Positions 18,785-29,116 of a stretch of DNA of 64,000 nucleotides are shown one piece after another; position 1 is the stretch's first letter; each line of letters begins with the position of its first letter. The notes beneath the pieces were generated by a model. The model saw only the letters and a list, made by a program, of their open reading frames with translations. It was not told where the DNA came from and did no database searches. The stretch comes from Longimicrobiales bacterium (GTDB taxonomy: Bacteria; Gemmatimonadota; Gemmatimonadetes; Longimicrobiales; Gaopeijiaceae). Where the stretch lies: the NCBI GenBank assembly GCA_965219445.1, contig CBDCNQ010000003.1, forward strand, positions 352,001 to 416,000. The letters are read 5' to 3'. The translations under genes and the position numbers were made by a program.

Positions 18785-19135
18785 CTACGAGGTCCGCTTC
18801 TCCCGGATGCGTGCCGCCCTGCCTCGAAGCCCTCTCAAATAGTAGAGTTTGGCACGTCGTACACGCCCGCGACGGACCACCTCGACCGCCGTGACAGTCG
18901 GCGCATGGAGCGGAAACACGCGCTCGACGCCGACCCCGCTGGAGATCTTCCGGACCGTGAAGGTCTCACCGGTTCCACCTCCCCGACGCCCAATGCAGAC
19001 GCCCTCGAAGGCTTGAATGCGCTCCTTAGAGCCCTCTCGGACGTTGTAGAGCACCCGAACCGTATCACCGGGAGCGAAGTCGGGGGAGTCGTCCCTCAAC
19101 TCCTCCTTCTCGAGCTCGTGGATAAGATCAGACAT
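18785..19135 (-). CDS. rplS: 50S ribosomal protein L19
   Basis: [11 protein letters not shown]...[13 protein letters not shown]...GVGVERVFP...[12 protein letters not shown] at 19135. Confidence 0.97.
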   Translation of the reverse strand: MSDLIHELEKEELRDDSPDFAPGDTVRVLYNVREGSKERIQAFEGVCIGRRGGGTGETFTVRKISSGVGVERVFPLHAPTVTAVEVVRRGRVRRAKLYYLRGLRGRAARIREKRTS

Positions 19136-19229
19136 GTCACGTCCCGTGGTTCGGGCGAACGTCCTGTTCGTCGACAATCTATAAGATAATCGACGTCCAA
19201 CGACCGGTGAAGAGGGAGTTGGAAGAGGG

Positions 19230-19907
19230 TTACTCGCCCTTCCGCTCCTCCCTACGACGCTTCGCCTCGGCCTCTCGCCACTCTTCGATCTTCCGGTGAT
19301 CCCCGGTGCGAAGGACTTCGGGAACAGCGTATCCTCGGTACTCCGGGGGTCGCGTAAAGGACGGGGCGCTGAGGGAGGCACCGTCGTAAAAGGAGTCCGT
19401 CGCCGCCGAGTCGTGGTCGCCCATCGCCCCGGGGAGGAGTCGGACCACTGAGTCCGCAACCGCGAGCGCTCCGATCTCTCCCCCGGACAGTACGAAGCGT
19501 CCGAGGGAGATCTCTTCCGTGGCGAGGTGGTCGGCGACCCGTTGGTCGACGTCCTTGTAGTGGCCGCAAAGAAGCGTCAGGTCCGGTTGCACAGCATAGC
19601 GAACCGCATCCTCATGGCTGAAGATCTTTCCACGCGCAGACAGGAGCACGACCGGACCCTTCGGGGCCAGACTGTCGACCGCTTCGAAGAAAGGTTCGGG
19701 CTTCATGACCATCCCCGCACCGCCCCCGTAGGGCGTGTCGTCCACCGTCTGGTGCCGATCGGTCGTGAACGCTCGGAGGTCCACAACCCGATATCGCACG
19801 AGCCCCGCCGCGGCCGCACGACCAGGAATGCTCGTCTCCAACGGCGTCTCGAAGAACTCGGGAAAGATCGTGACGATGTTGATCGTTATTGGATCGTCGC
19901 CGCCCAC
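19230..19907 (-). CDS. trmD: tRNA (guanine-N1)-methyltransferase
   Basis: [36 protein letters not shown]. Confidence 0.97.
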   Translation of the reverse strand: MGGDDPITINIVTIFPEFFETPLETSIPGRAAAAGLVRYRVVDLRAFTTDRHQTVDDTPYGGGAGMVMKPEPFFEAVDSLAPKGPVVLLSARGKIFSHEDAVRYAVQPDLTLLCGHYKDVDQRVADHLATEEISLGRFVLSGGEIGALAVADSVVRLLPGAMGDHDSAATDSFYDGASLSAPSFTRPPEYRGYAVPEVLRTGDHRKIEEWREAEAKRRREERKGE

Positions 19908-19908
19908 G

Positions 19909-20451
19909 CTAAACCTCCAAGAGGCCCGGGGGCGGGTCGAGAATAATGCGATTGTCCGCCACGCTCACCGATCGGACCATCTCCGAGATATATGGGATCA
20001 GGAAGGTCTTCTCCGGACCCCTGATCTCCAAAAGATCGGCTGGCTTCAACTCGTAGATTTCGATGACCTCCCCCACCCGCTCGCCCTCGATGTTGACGAC
20101 CTCCATGCCGAGGAGGTCGTGGTAGAAGGTTTCACCCTCCTTCAACTCCTCGAGCTGCTCCATGGCGCGCATGACGTACCGGCCCAGCAGATCCTCCACT
20201 TCACGCCGGTCCTGGACCCCCTCGAAACGAACCAGGAAGCCGCGGCGATAGGCACGCCTAGCCTCGATTCGCAGTGTCGGTGCGTCGGTGGACAGATCAC
20301 CGTTTGCGTCACCTAGGTACAGATCCACCCCTGGAGCGAACGTGCTCTGGGGGTGGTCGGTCAGCGGCCAGATGAAGACCTCGCCCTTGGTACCGTGGGC
20401 CTTGTTGAGGTGCCCCACGACCAAATGCTGCGGGGCTTGGGTCTTACCCAT
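19909..20451 (-). CDS. rimM: 16S rRNA processing protein RimM
   Basis: AHGTKGEV, FYHDLLGMEV, FLIPYI, PPPGLL; position in the rpsP-rimM-trmD-rplS operon. Confidence 0.93.
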   Translation of the reverse strand: MGKTQAPQHLVVGHLNKAHGTKGEVFIWPLTDHPQSTFAPGVDLYLGDANGDLSTDAPTLRIEARRAYRRGFLVRFEGVQDRREVEDLLGRYVMRAMEQLEELKEGETFYHDLLGMEVVNIEGERVGEVIEIYELKPADLLEIRGPEKTFLIPYISEMVRSVSVADNRIILDPPPGLLEV

Positions 20452-20472
20452 GATGGCGGCACGTGCGAGAAG

Positions 20473-21549
20473 TTACTCCGACTTCTTTTCCTTCTTCTTG
20501 GCAGCCGGCTTCTTTTTGGCAGCCGTCTCCTTTTTGGCAGCCGTCTCCTTTTTGGCGGCCGTCTCCTTTTTGGCGGCCGGCTTCTTCTTGGCGGCTGGCT
20601 TCTTCTTGGCGGCTGGCTTCTTCTTGGCAGCTGGCTTCTTCTTGGCGGCTGGCTTCTTCTTGGCAGCTGGCTTCTTCTTGGCGGCCGGCTTCTTCGCGGC
20701 GGCGGGTTTCGTTTCTTCCACAGCCTCCGCTTCGGGCTCAGCCTCTTCCTCCGCTGTGGGCTCCTCTTCAGCAGCCTCCACTTCGGGCTCTGCCTCTACT
20801 TCGGCAGCAGGCTCCTCTGCGGGCACTTCCGCTTGGGGGTCAGCTTCCGCCTCAGCCGCAGGCTGCTCTGCGGGCGCCTCCGCCTCGGGCTCCGCCTCTT
20901 CCTCCGCTTCGGGCTCAGCCTCTACTTCCGCCGCGGGCTCCTCTTCAGCAGCTTCCGCTTCGGGCTCAGCCTCTTCCTCCGCTGCGGGCTCCTCTTCGGC
21001 AGCAGGCTCCTCTTTTGCAGCCTCCGCCTCGGGCTCAGCTTCTACTCCAGCCACGGGCTCCTCTTCAGCAGCCTCCGCTTCGGGCTCAGCCTCTACAACC
21101 ATGGGCTCCTCTTCAGGAGCCTCCGCTTCGACCGCCTCTTCAGCCTCTACGGCAGCCACAGCCGCGGTCGCCGCCTCCTGGGCAGCCGCTGCAGCGGCCG
21201 CCTCCTCGCGGGCTTTCGCCTCGGCCTTGCGGCGTTCCTCCACGGCAGCCGCCTTGGCGGCTTTCGCCTCCTCGGGATCGATCTCGCCGACCGCCACCTT
21301 GGCGTCCCCACCCTTACGAACCTTGTTCAGTAGTGTACGGACCGTGTCGGATTGCTCGGCACCCTTCTGGATCCACTCATCGGCTTTCTCCAGATCCACG
21401 ACAATGCGCGCCGGGCTCGTCAGGGGCTTGTAGTACCCGAGAGTCTCCACGAAGCGACCATCCCTGGGCGCCGCGGAGTCGGCTACTACAATGCGATAAT
21501 GGGCCTGCTTCTTCCGGCCCATACGGCGAAGTCGAATTCTTACGGACAT
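20473..21549 (-). CDS. rpsP: 30S ribosomal protein S16 with long low-complexity C-terminal extension
   Basis: MSVRIRLRRMGRKKQAHYRIVVADSAAPRDGRFVETLGYY core plus ~270 aa of E/A/P-rich then K-rich sequence. Confidence 0.95.
   Translation of the reverse strand: MSVRIRLRRMGRKKQAHYRIVVADSAAPRDGRFVETLGYYKPLTSPARIVVDLEKADEWIQKGAEQSDTVRTLLNKVRKGGDAKVAVGEIDPEEAKAAKAAAVEERRKAEAKAREEAAAAAAAQEAATAAVAAVEAEEAVEAEAPEEEPMVVEAEPEAEAAEEEPVAGVEAEPEAEAAKEEPAAEEEPAAEEEAEPEAEAAEEEPAAEVEAEPEAEEEAEPEAEAPAEQPAAEAEADPQAEVPAEEPAAEVEAEPEVEAAEEEPTAEEEAEPEAEAVEETKPAAAKKPAAKKKPAAKKKPAAKKKPAAKKKPAAKKKPAAKKKPAAKKETAAKKETAAKKETAAKKKPAAKKKEKKSE
20488..20705 (-). repeat. 18-bp coding tandem repeat (AAKKKP/AAKKET, ~11-12 units)
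   Basis: Repeated TTCTTCTTGGCGGCTGGC-type units on the + strand. Confidence 0.9.
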
Positions 21550-21605
21550 ATGCGCATTCCGGTTCGTCCTTTGTCGCCGGCTAATCCCAGCGAATTTCCA
21601 AGTGA

Positions 21606-22904
21606 TCAGACGGGCATCATACCCTTCATCTGTTTCATGAACTTCTGCGTTTCCTTGAACTGCTTGAGCAGTCGGTTCACTTCCGACACCGGCCGCCCAC
21701 TTCCCTTCGCGATTCGCGCCCTCCTCGATCCGTCCAGGATTTCCGGCTTGATTCGCTCGGCCTTCGTCATCGAGAGGATGATCGCCTCCACGTGCTTCAT
21801 CCTTTTCGGATCGATTCCCGCAGCCGGTATTGCCCGCGCCGCGCCGGGAATCATTTTCAGCAACTGCTCCACCGGACCCATCTTCTGGACCTGGCGCATC
21901 GCGGTCAAGAAGTCCTCCAACGTAAAGCGTCCCTTGAGCATCTGCTGTTGGAGCTTCTCCTGCGCTCCAACGTCCAGCACCTGCTCCGCCCGTTCCACCA
22001 AACCGACGACGTCCCCCATCCTGAGAATGCGCCCGGCTATACGATCCGGATCGGTCAATTCCAGGTCGTCTACCGTCTCCCCAACGCCCACAAACTTGAT
22101 CGGCTTCCCGACCACTCCCAGAATCGAGAGCGCCGCTCCGCCCCGGGCATCACCGTCCATCTTCGTGAGGATCACACCGGTCAGGCCCAACGCCTCGTCG
22201 AAGCCCTCCGCGATATTCACCGCCTCTTGGCCGGTCATGGCGTCGGCCACCAGCAGGATCTCTTGAGGCGTGAGATCCGCCCTGAGCCGGCGAAGCTCGT
22301 CCATCATCGGCTCATCGATCTGGAGCCGACCCGCCGTATCCACGATCAGCACAGTCCTGCCGTCACGTCGTGCAATTTCCACTGCGGCATTCGCCACGGA
22401 AATCGGATCTTCACCCGTCCCGCCCCGGTGAACCGGCACGCCGACCTGCTCCGCCAGCATGGCCAACTGATCGACAGCCGCCGGGCGGTAAAGGTCACAG
22501 GCGGCCAGCAAGGGCGCCCTGCCCTCACCTGCCAGCCGTTTCGCCAACTTCGCCACCGTGGTCGTCTTGCCCGAACCCTGCAGGCCCACAACCAAAATCA
22601 CCGTCGGCACCGACGACGCCCACTGGAGCGTAGCTTTTCCCTCGCCCAGCAGATTCGCCAACTCGTCATGGACGATTTTGACGATTTGCTGCCCCGGCGA
22701 AACAGACTTGATTACTTGCTCTCCGAGGGCCCGCTCCTGCACGCGCTCGAGGAACTGCCGCGTCACTTTATAGTTGACGTCTGCCTCGAGGAGAACCCGC
22801 CGGACCTCACGAAGTCCGTCCCGGATCAAGGGCTCAGTGATGACGCCCCGCTGCCGGAACTGCCCAAGAACGCTGTCTAGCTTGTTGCCAAGTTCGTCGA
22901 ACAT
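21606..22904 (-). CDS. ffh: Signal recognition particle protein
   Basis: LLEADV, GLQGSGKTTT, DTAGRLQID, TKMDGDARGGAALS, GSRRARIAKGSG. Confidence 0.98.
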   Translation of the reverse strand: MFDELGNKLDSVLGQFRQRGVITEPLIRDGLREVRRVLLEADVNYKVTRQFLERVQERALGEQVIKSVSPGQQIVKIVHDELANLLGEGKATLQWASSVPTVILVVGLQGSGKTTTVAKLAKRLAGEGRAPLLAACDLYRPAAVDQLAMLAEQVGVPVHRGGTGEDPISVANAAVEIARRDGRTVLIVDTAGRLQIDEPMMDELRRLRADLTPQEILLVADAMTGQEAVNIAEGFDEALGLTGVILTKMDGDARGGAALSILGVVGKPIKFVGVGETVDDLELTDPDRIAGRILRMGDVVGLVERAEQVLDVGAQEKLQQQMLKGRFTLEDFLTAMRQVQKMGPVEQLLKMIPGAARAIPAAGIDPKRMKHVEAIILSMTKAERIKPEILDGSRRARIAKGSGRPVSEVNRLLKQFKETQKFMKQMKGMMPV

Positions 22905-23067
22905 CGGCGCCCGGTCCTCCTCATTGGCGATCTACCCAATCCCTCACCACCGACGCCCGAGCGAATGGATGCGACAAAGCTTAAAAAGATACGAGTATGG
23001 GGGAATCGACGGTAGATCGCACAAGCTGGCCGGACCAGCACTGAAAAGAGAAACGTTGGACGCTCCC

Positions 23068-24345
23068 TCAAACTCGGATGATCTGCCTCCTGCGAGTCCC
23101 CACGGAGACCATCTGAATGGGCGTCTCCGTAAGTTCCTCGATACGATCGAGGTAACGGCGGGCTGCGGTGGGCAAATCCGCCAAGGCGCGGGCCTCCCGA
23201 GTCGGTGTCTCCCAGCCCGGAAGCGTTTCATAGATCGGCTCCACCTCCCCGAGCTGCCAGGTGTCGGCCGGGAATTCATGGACCTCACCGCTCGGTGTTC
23301 GGTACGCGGTCGCAATTGAAATCTCGGGAACCGTATCCAGGACGTCTAACTTGGTCACGGCCAGCCCAGTCAGGCCGTTCACACGGGCAGCGAAACGGGC
23401 AAGCACGGCGTCGAACCAACCACACCGGCGTGGCCGCCCCGTCGTCGCTCCGAATTCTACACCCATCTCTCGAAACTTTTCGTCCATCTCCGGCTTGAAT
23501 CCCGTCGGAAGTGGACCGTTCCCCACACGCGTCGTGTAGGCTTTCACCACGCCGATCACCGCGTCGATCGCCGTAGGCCCGATCCCCGAGCCCGTCGCGG
23601 CGCCACCGGCAGTCGTGTTCGAGGAGGTGACGAACGGGTAGGTGCCATGATCCACGTCGAGCGCCGTGCCCTGGGCTCCCTCGAGCAATACACGCTTCCC
23701 GCCTCGAATGGCCTCCAGGATCTCGAGGCCCGTGTCCGTGGCGAGTCCATGGAGGCGCTCCCCCGCCACCAAGGTTTCAGCGACCATCGCACCGATATCG
23801 CCGGAGAGCTCTCCCCCCAACATCTGCGCACGCCGACACGCCCTCTCGACTCCCTCCTCGACTATCGAGGCGAGCCGGTCGGGGCTCGCGAGATCGGAGA
23901 CCCGAAGACCCTTCCGGCCTGCCTTTTCCTCGTAGGCCGGTCCAATTCCTCGCCCTGTCGTTCCGATTTTCTGCGCAGCCTGATCCTCCGAAACCTGGTC
24001 GAGCAGCCGATGATAAGGCATCACCAGGTGCGCCCTCTGGCTCACGCCGACCCTCCCCTCGACGGCGACGCCGCGAGCCTTCAGGTCATCGTACTCTTCG
24101 CTGAAGCCGACGGCGTCGATTACCACACCATTACCCAGAAGACAGCGTTTACCTGGGTGGAGGATCCCCGAGGGAATCTGGTGCAGAATGAATTCCTCCT
24201 CTCCAACGTGGACTGTGTGGCCGGCGTTGGCGCCACCCTGGTAACGGGCGACCACATGCACGTCCTCGGCGAGGACATCGACAATCTTCCCCTTCCCCTC
24301 GTCACCCCACTGGCAACCCAACACCACCATGCAGTGGCCGGACAC
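23068..24345 (-). CDS. purA: Adenylosuccinate synthetase
   Basis: QWGDEGKGKIVD, GGANAGHT, IGTTGRGIGPAY, GATTGRPRRCGWFD; GTG at 24345 preferred. Confidence 0.98.
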   Translation of the reverse strand: MSGHCMVVLGCQWGDEGKGKIVDVLAEDVHVVARYQGGANAGHTVHVGEEEFILHQIPSGILHPGKRCLLGNGVVIDAVGFSEEYDDLKARGVAVEGRVGVSQRAHLVMPYHRLLDQVSEDQAAQKIGTTGRGIGPAYEEKAGRKGLRVSDLASPDRLASIVEEGVERACRRAQMLGGELSGDIGAMVAETLVAGERLHGLATDTGLEILEAIRGGKRVLLEGAQGTALDVDHGTYPFVTSSNTTAGGAATGSGIGPTAIDAVIGVVKAYTTRVGNGPLPTGFKPEMDEKFREMGVEFGATTGRPRRCGWFDAVLARFAARVNGLTGLAVTKLDVLDTVPEISIATAYRTPSGEVHEFPADTWQLGEVEPIYETLPGWETPTREARALADLPTAARRYLDRIEELTETPIQMVSVGTRRRQIIRV

Positions 24346-24407
24346 GCTACCTTCAGACACGGCGTCATTCCGCGTTGGAAAGGCCCAAGAAGGCCTTGGA
24401 TATAAAG

Positions 24408-24489
24408 AAAAAAAGCCCATTCGGAGGGGAATGGGCTCTGGGCGGTACATCCTTTAGGAAAAGCTAGAGCCGAGGGGGTGGACCGTCAA
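24408..24489 (-). promoter_or_regulatory. purA promoter with promoter-proximal terminator-like hairpin
   Basis: TTGACG-N17-TAGCTT (24489-24461); AGCCCATTC-N6-GAATGGGCT plus T-run (24437-24408). Confidence 0.6.
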
Positions 24490-24563
24490 CGACGGCCGCC
24501 TCCGCTACGTCGACCCTCAAAGGCCACGGCCGAGGAGCAGCGCCCATTGAGGAGACCACTGCG

Positions 24564-25481
24564 TCAGATGGAAGGACTCTCCACCGCTTCGAGCCCCGCA
24601 CGATCGAGCACGCTGGCCACGCCCTCTCGCTCCGCATCGGGCAACGGCCGCAGAGGAGGCCGTGGGTCTCCCCCCCGGAGTCCGAGGAGATCCAGCCCTG
24701 CTTTCACCCCCGGAACACCCAAAGCCGCTACGATCTCTTCATGCACCGGAGCCACGACCTCCTGGACTCTTCCGGCCTCGGCCGAGTCACCGGCTCTGTA
24801 GGCCATGTGAATCGCGGCGGCGGGCCCGGGCACCAGGTTGGCGACACCGAGGACTCCTCCCGCGGCACCCAACTCGAGACCGCCGTAGAGAGCGGCGCCA
24901 CTCCCGACCAAAACCTGGAACCCATCCGGTGTACGGTCCACCAACTCCCCCACCACCTCGAGACTTCCCCTCGAGTCCTTGATCCCCACGATATCGGCGA
25001 TCTTGGCGAGTTCGGTGACTAGATTGGTGGAGAACTCCAGAGTGCTCATGCGCAGCGGCACCTGATAGAGGATGACCGGAATCGGAGATGCGGCTGCGAC
25101 TGTGCGATAATGATCCAACAATGCCGCGTCCGTCATTGCTCCCCGATAGAACGCGGGTGGCTGGACAAGTACGGCATCCGCGCCCTTCCCGGCGGACGCC
25201 TTGCAGCGGGCGACGGTGGTCCTCGTAGACTCTGCTCCAGTCCCCGCCACCACCAGGCGGTCTTCCGGAACCAGATCACGGGCGCCTTCGAGCAAAACCA
25301 TCCGCTCGTCCTCGTCCAAGAGCACGGCCTCTCCCGTGGATCCCCCGACGACGATCCCTCGGACCGGATGGGTCATGAAGCTCCGCAGGTTCGCGCGGAA
25401 CCCCACCACATCCACCTCTCCCGTTACCGGGTCGAATGGCGTCGTGCAGGGTATAAAAACGCCTGAGAGATCGACGCTCAC
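24564..25481 (-). CDS. Dihydrodipicolinate-synthase-family aldolase (HOGA-like DapA paralog)
   Basis: GGSTGE, VILYQVP, IVGIKDS. Confidence 0.88.
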   Translation of the reverse strand: MSVDLSGVFIPCTTPFDPVTGEVDVVGFRANLRSFMTHPVRGIVVGGSTGEAVLLDEDERMVLLEGARDLVPEDRLVVAGTGAESTRTTVARCKASAGKGADAVLVQPPAFYRGAMTDAALLDHYRTVAAASPIPVILYQVPLRMSTLEFSTNLVTELAKIADIVGIKDSRGSLEVVGELVDRTPDGFQVLVGSGAALYGGLELGAAGGVLGVANLVPGPAAAIHMAYRAGDSAEAGRVQEVVAPVHEEIVAALGVPGVKAGLDLLGLRGGDPRPPLRPLPDAEREGVASVLDRAGLEAVESPSI

Positions 25482-26605
25482 GCGCTGAGGTCGCCCATCA
25501 CATCCGCAGGATCGGCTGTGATCGGTCGGCTGGTCCGTCCTTGACCGAGCATGTTCATCTTGAGGTCGAAGTCGCTCGGACTGTTAGCCGCGGCCATCGC
25601 TTCCTCGAAGGCTACACTGCCATCGTTTACCAGATCCATGAGGTGCTGATCGAAGGTCTGCGATCCGTATTGCTCCCTCCCGTCATTGATCAGGTCGAGG
25701 ATCTCGTCGATGCGCTCCGGATCCATGATACAATCTCGAATGGTCCCCGTAACGAGCATGATCTCGGCAGCCACGACGAGTCCATTCCCTTTGGCCGTCG
25801 GAAGCAGTCGCTGGCTGATCACCGCTTTGATCGTGTCCGCGAGGCGAACACGGATCATTTCCTGCTCCTCCGGACGGAACACTGCGACGATTCGCGAGAG
25901 AGTCTGAACGGCGTTCTTCGTGTGAACGGTGGAGATAACCAGGTGGCCCGTTTCGGCAGCCTTGAGCGCCGTGTCGATCGTGTCCTTGTCGCGCATCTCA
26001 CCGATGAGTATGACATCGGGGTCCTGACGGAGGGAGGAGCGAAGTCCCGACGAAAACGACTCGGTATCCCAACCCACGTCGCGTTGGGTGACTGAAGAGT
26101 TGAGATCCCGATGCAGAAACTCGATGGGATCCTCGAGCGTGATGATGTGCTTGTGCATGTTCCGGTTGATGTACCCGATGATGGACGCCATCGTCGAGCT
26201 CTTCCCGCTACCCGTAACGCCCGTGACAAGGACCAGCCCCCGTTCGTTCTGAGATATTTCTTCGAGGACGGATGGGAGCCTGAGATCGGCGAACGTCGGA
26301 ATCTCGATCGTGATAATCCTCATGACGATTGCGAGAACACCGCGCTGCTTATGGATGTTGACGCGGAAGCGCCCAAGGCCGGGAAGACCCCACGAACAGT
26401 CGTAATCCTGGATCTCGTCGATGCGCTCCCGATCACCTTCGTGGGGAATGAGCTTGACGGCCAACTCACGGACTTGGGCGTGGGAGATCTTCTGCTCTGT
26501 GAGCGGAGTCAGCTCCCCGTTCAACCGGGCTCGGACAAAATCGCCGGCCTTGATATGGAGATCACTGGCCCCATCCTCGATCGCCTTCTTGAACATCTCA
26601 TTCAT
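25478..26605 (-). CDS. pilT: Type IV pilus retraction ATPase, PilT/PilU family
   Basis: GASDLHI, GVTGSGKSST, TLEDPIEF, LRQDPDVILIGEMRD, AAETGHLV. Confidence 0.93.
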   Translation of the reverse strand: MNEMFKKAIEDGASDLHIKAGDFVRARLNGELTPLTEQKISHAQVRELAVKLIPHEGDRERIDEIQDYDCSWGLPGLGRFRVNIHKQRGVLAIVMRIITIEIPTFADLRLPSVLEEISQNERGLVLVTGVTGSGKSSTMASIIGYINRNMHKHIITLEDPIEFLHRDLNSSVTQRDVGWDTESFSSGLRSSLRQDPDVILIGEMRDKDTIDTALKAAETGHLVISTVHTKNAVQTLSRIVAVFRPEEQEMIRVRLADTIKAVISQRLLPTAKGNGLVVAAEIMLVTGTIRDCIMDPERIDEILDLINDGREQYGSQTFDQHLMDLVNDGSVAFEEAMAAANSPSDFDLKMNMLGQGRTSRPITADPADVMGDLSA

Positions 26606-26668
26606 CGGCCTCGTACCCCTTGCATGTCATCATCGAGTTAGAGAACAACCCTATTCAAAGTTGTGCAC

Positions 26669-27682
26669 TCACAGGGCGGAGCGCCAACTGATTCCCATGC
26701 GGCTGCGGGCTTCGGCCAACGTTTCCCGAGCCACGGCACGGGCCCGATCGGCTCCTGCCTCCAGCACGTCACGCACCTCGGTGGGGTGAGCTCGGAGGTA
26801 CTCGGCACGCTCCCGGAAAGGAGCGAACTCACGCACGAGGCTGTCGGCGAGGATCCGCTTGCAGTCGACGCACCCCCTGCTCCCGGCCCTACACTGCGCC
26901 TCGATGTCTGGAATGAGGGAGGCATTGGTGACCAGTTTGTGGAGCGTGAACACGTTGCACACCTCGGGTCGGCCGGGGTCGTCCCGGCGGACACGTTGCG
27001 GGTCGGTCACGGCCGTCCTGACGCGCTCCCACACACCCTCCTCGTCCGCCAGGATACCGACCGTATTCCCCAGCGATTTACTCATCTTGGCCTCCCCATC
27101 GAGCCCCTTGATCCGGCCGACCTCGGGGATGATGGCGCCTGGCTCGGGGAAGTACTCCCCGTATCGGGCGTTCCATTTCCGGGCGATGTCCCGCGTGAGC
27201 TCAAGATGCTGTCTCTGGTCCTCACCCACCGGAACCGCGTCGGCACGATAGACGAGAATGTCGGCCGCCTGTAGGACCGGGTAGTTGAGCAATCCCACCG
27301 GGATCGAATCGTATCGCTGCGACTTGTCCTTGTACTGCGTCATGCGTTCGAGGTCGCCGACCGGGGCCACCGTATTGAAGAGCCAAGCCAACTCGATGTG
27401 CTCGGGCACGTCGGATTGAACGAAGAGTGTGCATCGCTCGGGATCCACGCCCACGGACAAGACGCTGATGGCCATGTCCACGGTCCGGGACGGAAGATCG
27501 GCGGGATCGGCCTCCCCAAGGATCGCGTGCAGATCCACAATCGAGTAGAAGCACTCGTATTCCTCCTGCATGTGGACCCACTGTCGGAGGGCTCCCAAAT
27601 AGTTGCCCAGGTGGACCTCTCCCGTGGGCTGAATCCCACTAAGGACCCTCTTCCGCGCCGTCCCCTCGCTGGTCTCGTTCAT
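26669..27682 (-). CDS. trpS: Tryptophan--tRNA ligase
   Basis: SGIQPTGEVHLGNY, YPVLQAADIL, VPVGEDQ, KMSKS. Confidence 0.98.
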   Translation of the reverse strand: MNETSEGTARKRVLSGIQPTGEVHLGNYLGALRQWVHMQEEYECFYSIVDLHAILGEADPADLPSRTVDMAISVLSVGVDPERCTLFVQSDVPEHIELAWLFNTVAPVGDLERMTQYKDKSQRYDSIPVGLLNYPVLQAADILVYRADAVPVGEDQRQHLELTRDIARKWNARYGEYFPEPGAIIPEVGRIKGLDGEAKMSKSLGNTVGILADEEGVWERVRTAVTDPQRVRRDDPGRPEVCNVFTLHKLVTNASLIPDIEAQCRAGSRGCVDCKRILADSLVREFAPFRERAEYLRAHPTEVRDVLEAGADRARAVARETLAEARSRMGISWRSAL

Positions 27683-27771
27683 CGCGTAACCTACGTACCG
27701 CCCAAGACGATGTGAATGCGCCCCATCCACCATGAGTCGACGAGGGTGGGCCGATCCGCTACCCTCGGGCG

Positions 27772-28572
27772 ATGACAAATCTCCTCACCACCGCGCTGGA
27801 CACGGCTCGCAGAGCCGCCGACGCCGCCGCGGCCGTCCACAAGGACCAGGCTACCTCGGTGGGAATCGCCGACGCGGAAGAAAAGGGCCGAGCCGATTAT
27901 GTGTCGGCGACGGATGTCGCCGCTCAGGAAGCCTGCGTCGCCGTCATCCGCGAGAGCCATCCGGACCACGCCATCGTCGCGGAAGAAAGCCACGAAGGGG
28001 ATCCGGACGCCATATCGCCAGTGGGGCCGGCCTGGATCATCGATCCGCTCGACGGAACCACGAACTTTCTGCATGGCCATCCGATGCATGCCTCTTCCGT
28101 CGCATTGGCGATCGACGGGATTCCGGCTGTCGGGGCCGTTTCGTGCGCACCCACAGGAGAACGCTGGTGGGCGGCTCGCGGTAAGGGCGCTTGGAAGAAT
28201 GGCGCACCCATCGAGGTGTCCGGCATGGAGGAGACTCGGCGTGCCTTGATCGGGACGGGTTTTCCGTTCAAAACGGAGCACCTCATTGGGGAGCACGCCG
28301 ACCAGCTCGCCCGCGTACTCATGGCCACTGGAGGCGTCCGCCGCGGGGGGGCGGCCGCTATCGATCTCTGCTACCTGGCGGAGGGAAGGTTCGACGGCTT
28401 CTGGGAGCTTTTCTTGAGCCCCTGGGACTTCGCGGCAGGATGGGTGATCGTCGAAGAGGCGGGCGGTGTGCTGGGCCGGGTAGAAGGAGGCGCACTGCGA
28501 CTCTCCCCCGGAACAGTCATCGGGGCCAACTCACCGACCATGAAGGAGGCGCTACACGAACTGATCGCGTAG
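27772..28572 (+). CDS. suhB: Inositol monophosphatase family protein (SuhB-like)
   Basis: WIIDPLDGTTNFLHG, WDFAAG...EEAGG. Confidence 0.9.
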   Translation: MTNLLTTALDTARRAADAAAAVHKDQATSVGIADAEEKGRADYVSATDVAAQEACVAVIRESHPDHAIVAEESHEGDPDAISPVGPAWIIDPLDGTTNFLHGHPMHASSVALAIDGIPAVGAVSCAPTGERWWAARGKGAWKNGAPIEVSGMEETRRALIGTGFPFKTEHLIGEHADQLARVLMATGGVRRGGAAAIDLCYLAEGRFDGFWELFLSPWDFAAGWVIVEEAGGVLGRVEGGALRLSPGTVIGANSPTMKEALHELIA

Positions 28573-28585
28573 CGCCCCCCGGGGG

Positions 28586-29047
28586 TTACTTCTTTCCCCG
28601 GCCGATCGCGATGTTGCGGCTCTTCGCCTCCGCAGCCTTCGGCAACCGCACGGTGAGGACCCCGTTGTCGAACTCCGCTCGGATCTCGTCGGGCTGCACT
28701 GACCTCGGCAGAGTGAACGCCCGGTGGAAGCTTCCATATCGGCGCTCCCATACGTGGTACTTGCGCCCCTCGTCTGCCTCCTCACGTGCCTCCCGCTTCT
28801 CTCCATGGATGGTTAGGATATTATTTTCGATATCGACGCTTATATCCTCTTCACGCATTCCAGGGAGTTCTGCGGTAAGCAGCAACTCATCGGCGGCTTC
28901 TTCCACGTTAACGGCAGGGATCCAAGCCCCGGTGGACTCCGGTGTATCCCAGGAATTGCCGAAAAGACCGGACAGGCGGTTCGAAAACAGGTCGAGGTCG
29001 GGCCACGACGTGAACGTGGGTCTGGGTGTATATCTCATGAGTGCCAT
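28586..29047 (-). CDS. Hsp20/alpha-crystallin small heat-shock protein
   Basis: AELPGM, ERRYGSFHRAFTLP, AEFDNGVLTVRLPK. Confidence 0.95.
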   Translation of the reverse strand: MALMRYTPRPTFTSWPDLDLFSNRLSGLFGNSWDTPESTGAWIPAVNVEEAADELLLTAELPGMREEDISVDIENNILTIHGEKREAREEADEGRKYHVWERRYGSFHRAFTLPRSVQPDEIRAEFDNGVLTVRLPKAAEAKSRNIAIGRGKK

Positions 29048-29100
29048 GGGATCGCTCCTTGGTTTGGTCGGTTTTGGACTGACTTCCGACGCCCAACGGG

Positions 29101-29116
29101 TGCATGAGCCGTGCCA
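29101..29116 (-). promoter_or_regulatory. Sigma54 -24/-12 promoter for hsp20
   Basis: Minus strand TGGCACGGCTCATGCA versus consensus TGGCACG-N4-TTGCW. Confidence 0.65.

Noticed and set aside
20288..21584. Long + strand ORFs opposite rpsP
   Set aside because: Antisense shadows of the low-complexity repeat; the same applies to most long overlapping ORFs in this GC-rich window.
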